From Phoronis australis (lineage: Eukaryota > Animalia > Phoronida): a DNA stretch of 64,000 nucleotides. The notes beneath the pieces are model-generated. The model did not search any database and was not told the origin of the DNA. It saw nothing but the letters and a program-made list of their open reading frames with translations. The DNA is taken from positions 1,711,290 to 1,775,289 of the forward strand of contig NMRA01000018.1 in assembly GCA_002633005.1 (NCBI GenBank). The letters run 5' to 3'. The position numbers and the translations under genes are program-made. Below are positions 61,897 through 64,000 of the stretch, piece by piece (position 1 is the first letter of the stretch; every line of letters begins with the position of its first letter).

Positions 61897-62225
61897 AGTA
61901 AAAAACGAGAGCAATTACTTACTAAAGGACTACAAGAACGTTTCAAACATGCAGCTCAGGCCTTTGACCACAGATGCTGTTGATGGGAGGAAGTTGTAGA
62001 CCCTGGACAGGGTTAAGTGGAGGGAGACCCTGGTCAGGGTTAAGTGGGGGGAGACCCTGGTCAGGGTTAAGTGGAGGGGGGGTTTGCACTGTTTAAGGTG
62101 TTCAACAATGGTGGGAAGATCAGTCGTGTGATCAGTCATGTGTTCGAAGGCTTGAGCTTCAGGCATGAAATGTTATACTTACCCAACTTATAGTCTTCTA
62201 GTAAGTAACTTCTCTCGTTTTTACT
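61897..62225. mobile_element. TIR-bounded element containing a 27-bp tandem repeat (3 copies, 61998-62078)
   Basis: AGTAAAAAACGAGAGCAATTACTTACTA / TAGTAAGTAACTTCTCTCGTTTTTACT; unit AGACCCTGGTCAGGGTTAAGTGGAGGG. Confidence 0.65.
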
Positions 62226-62559
62226 ATCATCACAGAAGACAACGATGAATTATGAAGACTTGTAACACTAACGTGTTACTTGTAACGTACTGCATGTACG
62301 CACGTATGTATGTAATACACTATTCTATGTATCCCACAATTCATTGGGCAGGTGACGTCTTGTTATTCTAACTTGAATTATTTATCATTTAAACATTATG
62401 TCAACTGTTCAGAAATCAAGATGTGAGTTCTACAAAACCCCACAAATTCATCAGATATGCTTGGTCAGCAACAGAGAGGACCTTTGCTCAAGTTGCCATC
62501 AAACTTGGGATTGGATATTGCAATAGATTCACAGTTTGGCAGAAGATCTTCACTCAACA

Positions 62560-63850
62560 ACAGGTGTAGCAGAAGGGGGGTTTGGTATCATAACAACGGC
62601 CATTAGATGGCGCAGAATGTGTCAAACCCATCTGAATTGAAAAGGTGGTACTGTCTCTGTAGTACTGACAACTATTTGCCAAATTTCATGAAAAATAAGC
62701 CAAGGAAATAAGATAGACAGGCAAACGTAAAAAAATATCCAATTGGTTGAAAACTAGCTGTTATCTGTTGTCATCTCTACAGGAGCCCATCTGCCAAATT
62801 TCACAAAGATCCTTCAAAATGTTAGGAGATACAGCCACAGATGCAAAAAAGCAAAATTGCACCAACAGGGCGCCAGCATAGTCCAAAACATCAAAAAATC
62901 AAAGTCAGCCGGAGTTTTCACATCAGGAATACAACTAACCATAAGTTTTCATAATGACCCTTTGAGTGGTTTAACATATTGAGAGACAGACGTCAAAAAC
63001 CTACACAAACATTTTTAAATGACCACCAAGTGGCACAGAAAATGTCAAGTTCGTACGAAAATGGGAAGGTGTTGTTGTCTCCTTGATAGAAACCTATCTG
63101 CTGAATTTCTTGTAAATAGTACATTCATGAACGCTGAAGGTAAACAAGGTAAACAACTTTGTTACTAGGGGGCACAGGTATTTGGATTAGTTCGACGCTT
63201 GTTGCGACTTATCGTCGGCTCAAATTTCACAAAGTTCCTTCAAAGGGTTAAGGATATTCCGTTGCAAATGCAAAAAAAAACAAAATAGCCACTAGGGAGT
63301 GTCACAATTGTTGGACCCATCCAGAAGTAAGCGTCAGTCGACGTCTTCTCATCTGGAACACATCTGCAAATTTTCATAATGATCCGTTAAGCGCTATGGC
63401 AGATAGAAAGGCAGACACCAGAAAACGGACCGAAAAATAGCAAAAATGGCCACCAAGTGGCGCAGAAAACGTCAAATCTGTCCAAAAATGGAAAGTCGTT
63501 GTCATCTCCTTAATAAAAACCTATTTGTCTAATTTCATTAAAATACATTCAAACTCTGAAGATAAAAAGAATCCTTCCGAAAATGAAATGGCAATGTCAC
63601 CTTCTTCTTAAAAACCTATTTGATGAATTTTACGAAAATACATCAAGAAACTCCAAAGATACAGAAGCAAATGTAAAAAGTGAAATCGCCACTAGGGTGC
63701 ACAGCGGTTTCCGATCGGTCCAAAACTTGTGCCAAATATCATCATATAAGCCTGCAAGGGGTTTAGGAGATACACCCGTGAACGCCGGATGCCCAGACAG
63801 AAATGACGGCAATATGCACCCACACATAAAGATGTGGGCACATAAAAACA
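62560..63850 (+). mobile_element. HINE/Helentron-like element with an internal tandem core array
   Basis: Diverged units of about 130-160 bp with CCAC[CT]A..GGC and AAATTTCA motifs; the 3' end (GATGACGGC, hairpin 63814-63843, A run) matches the 56186 copy. Confidence 0.65.
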
Positions 63851-64000
63851 TTACCACAGTTTTTGTCGTATCAATGACATGCTGTAGCAACGTGACGCAC
63901 ATCTCAGCGATCAAACGTCTACTTACTTCATGGACGCATCATCGTGTGTGACCACAACGACAATTTCACCCTCCTTCACGGTCTCTAGGAAGATCTCCAG

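Overview
Eukaryotic, intron-rich, AT-rich genomic DNA, probably from a heterozygous marine invertebrate (taxon is inferred, not shown). I reconstructed five spliced genes by hand from GT-AG junctions with consistent phases. (1) The 3' part of an unidentified Ser-rich protein gene (+, 80-10020). (2) A ~300-aa single-pass membrane protein with a divergent CUB-like domain (-, 13443-17140). (3) ZMYND10 (+, 18025-29975, 13 exons, ~455 aa), head-to-head with gene 2. (4) A two-HMG-box HMGB-like gene with no acidic tail (-, 32550-34881). (5) The 3' part of a POMGNT1-like GT13 glycosyltransferase with an ILEI/PANDER-type stem (-, 43192 to beyond 61296). Introns hold many MITEs, tRNA-derived SINEs, Helentron/HINE-like elements, a Penelope GIY-YIG remnant and a LINE fragment. 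Three apparent exon duplications abut single-N joins and are most likely unmerged haplotypes. The best novel candidate is a pair of diverged 127-nt, same-phase exons (60023-60149 and 61170-61296) that look like mutually exclusive exons swapping part of the sugar-binding stem domain of the POMGNT1-like enzyme. There are no prokaryotic-type systems such as CRISPR.
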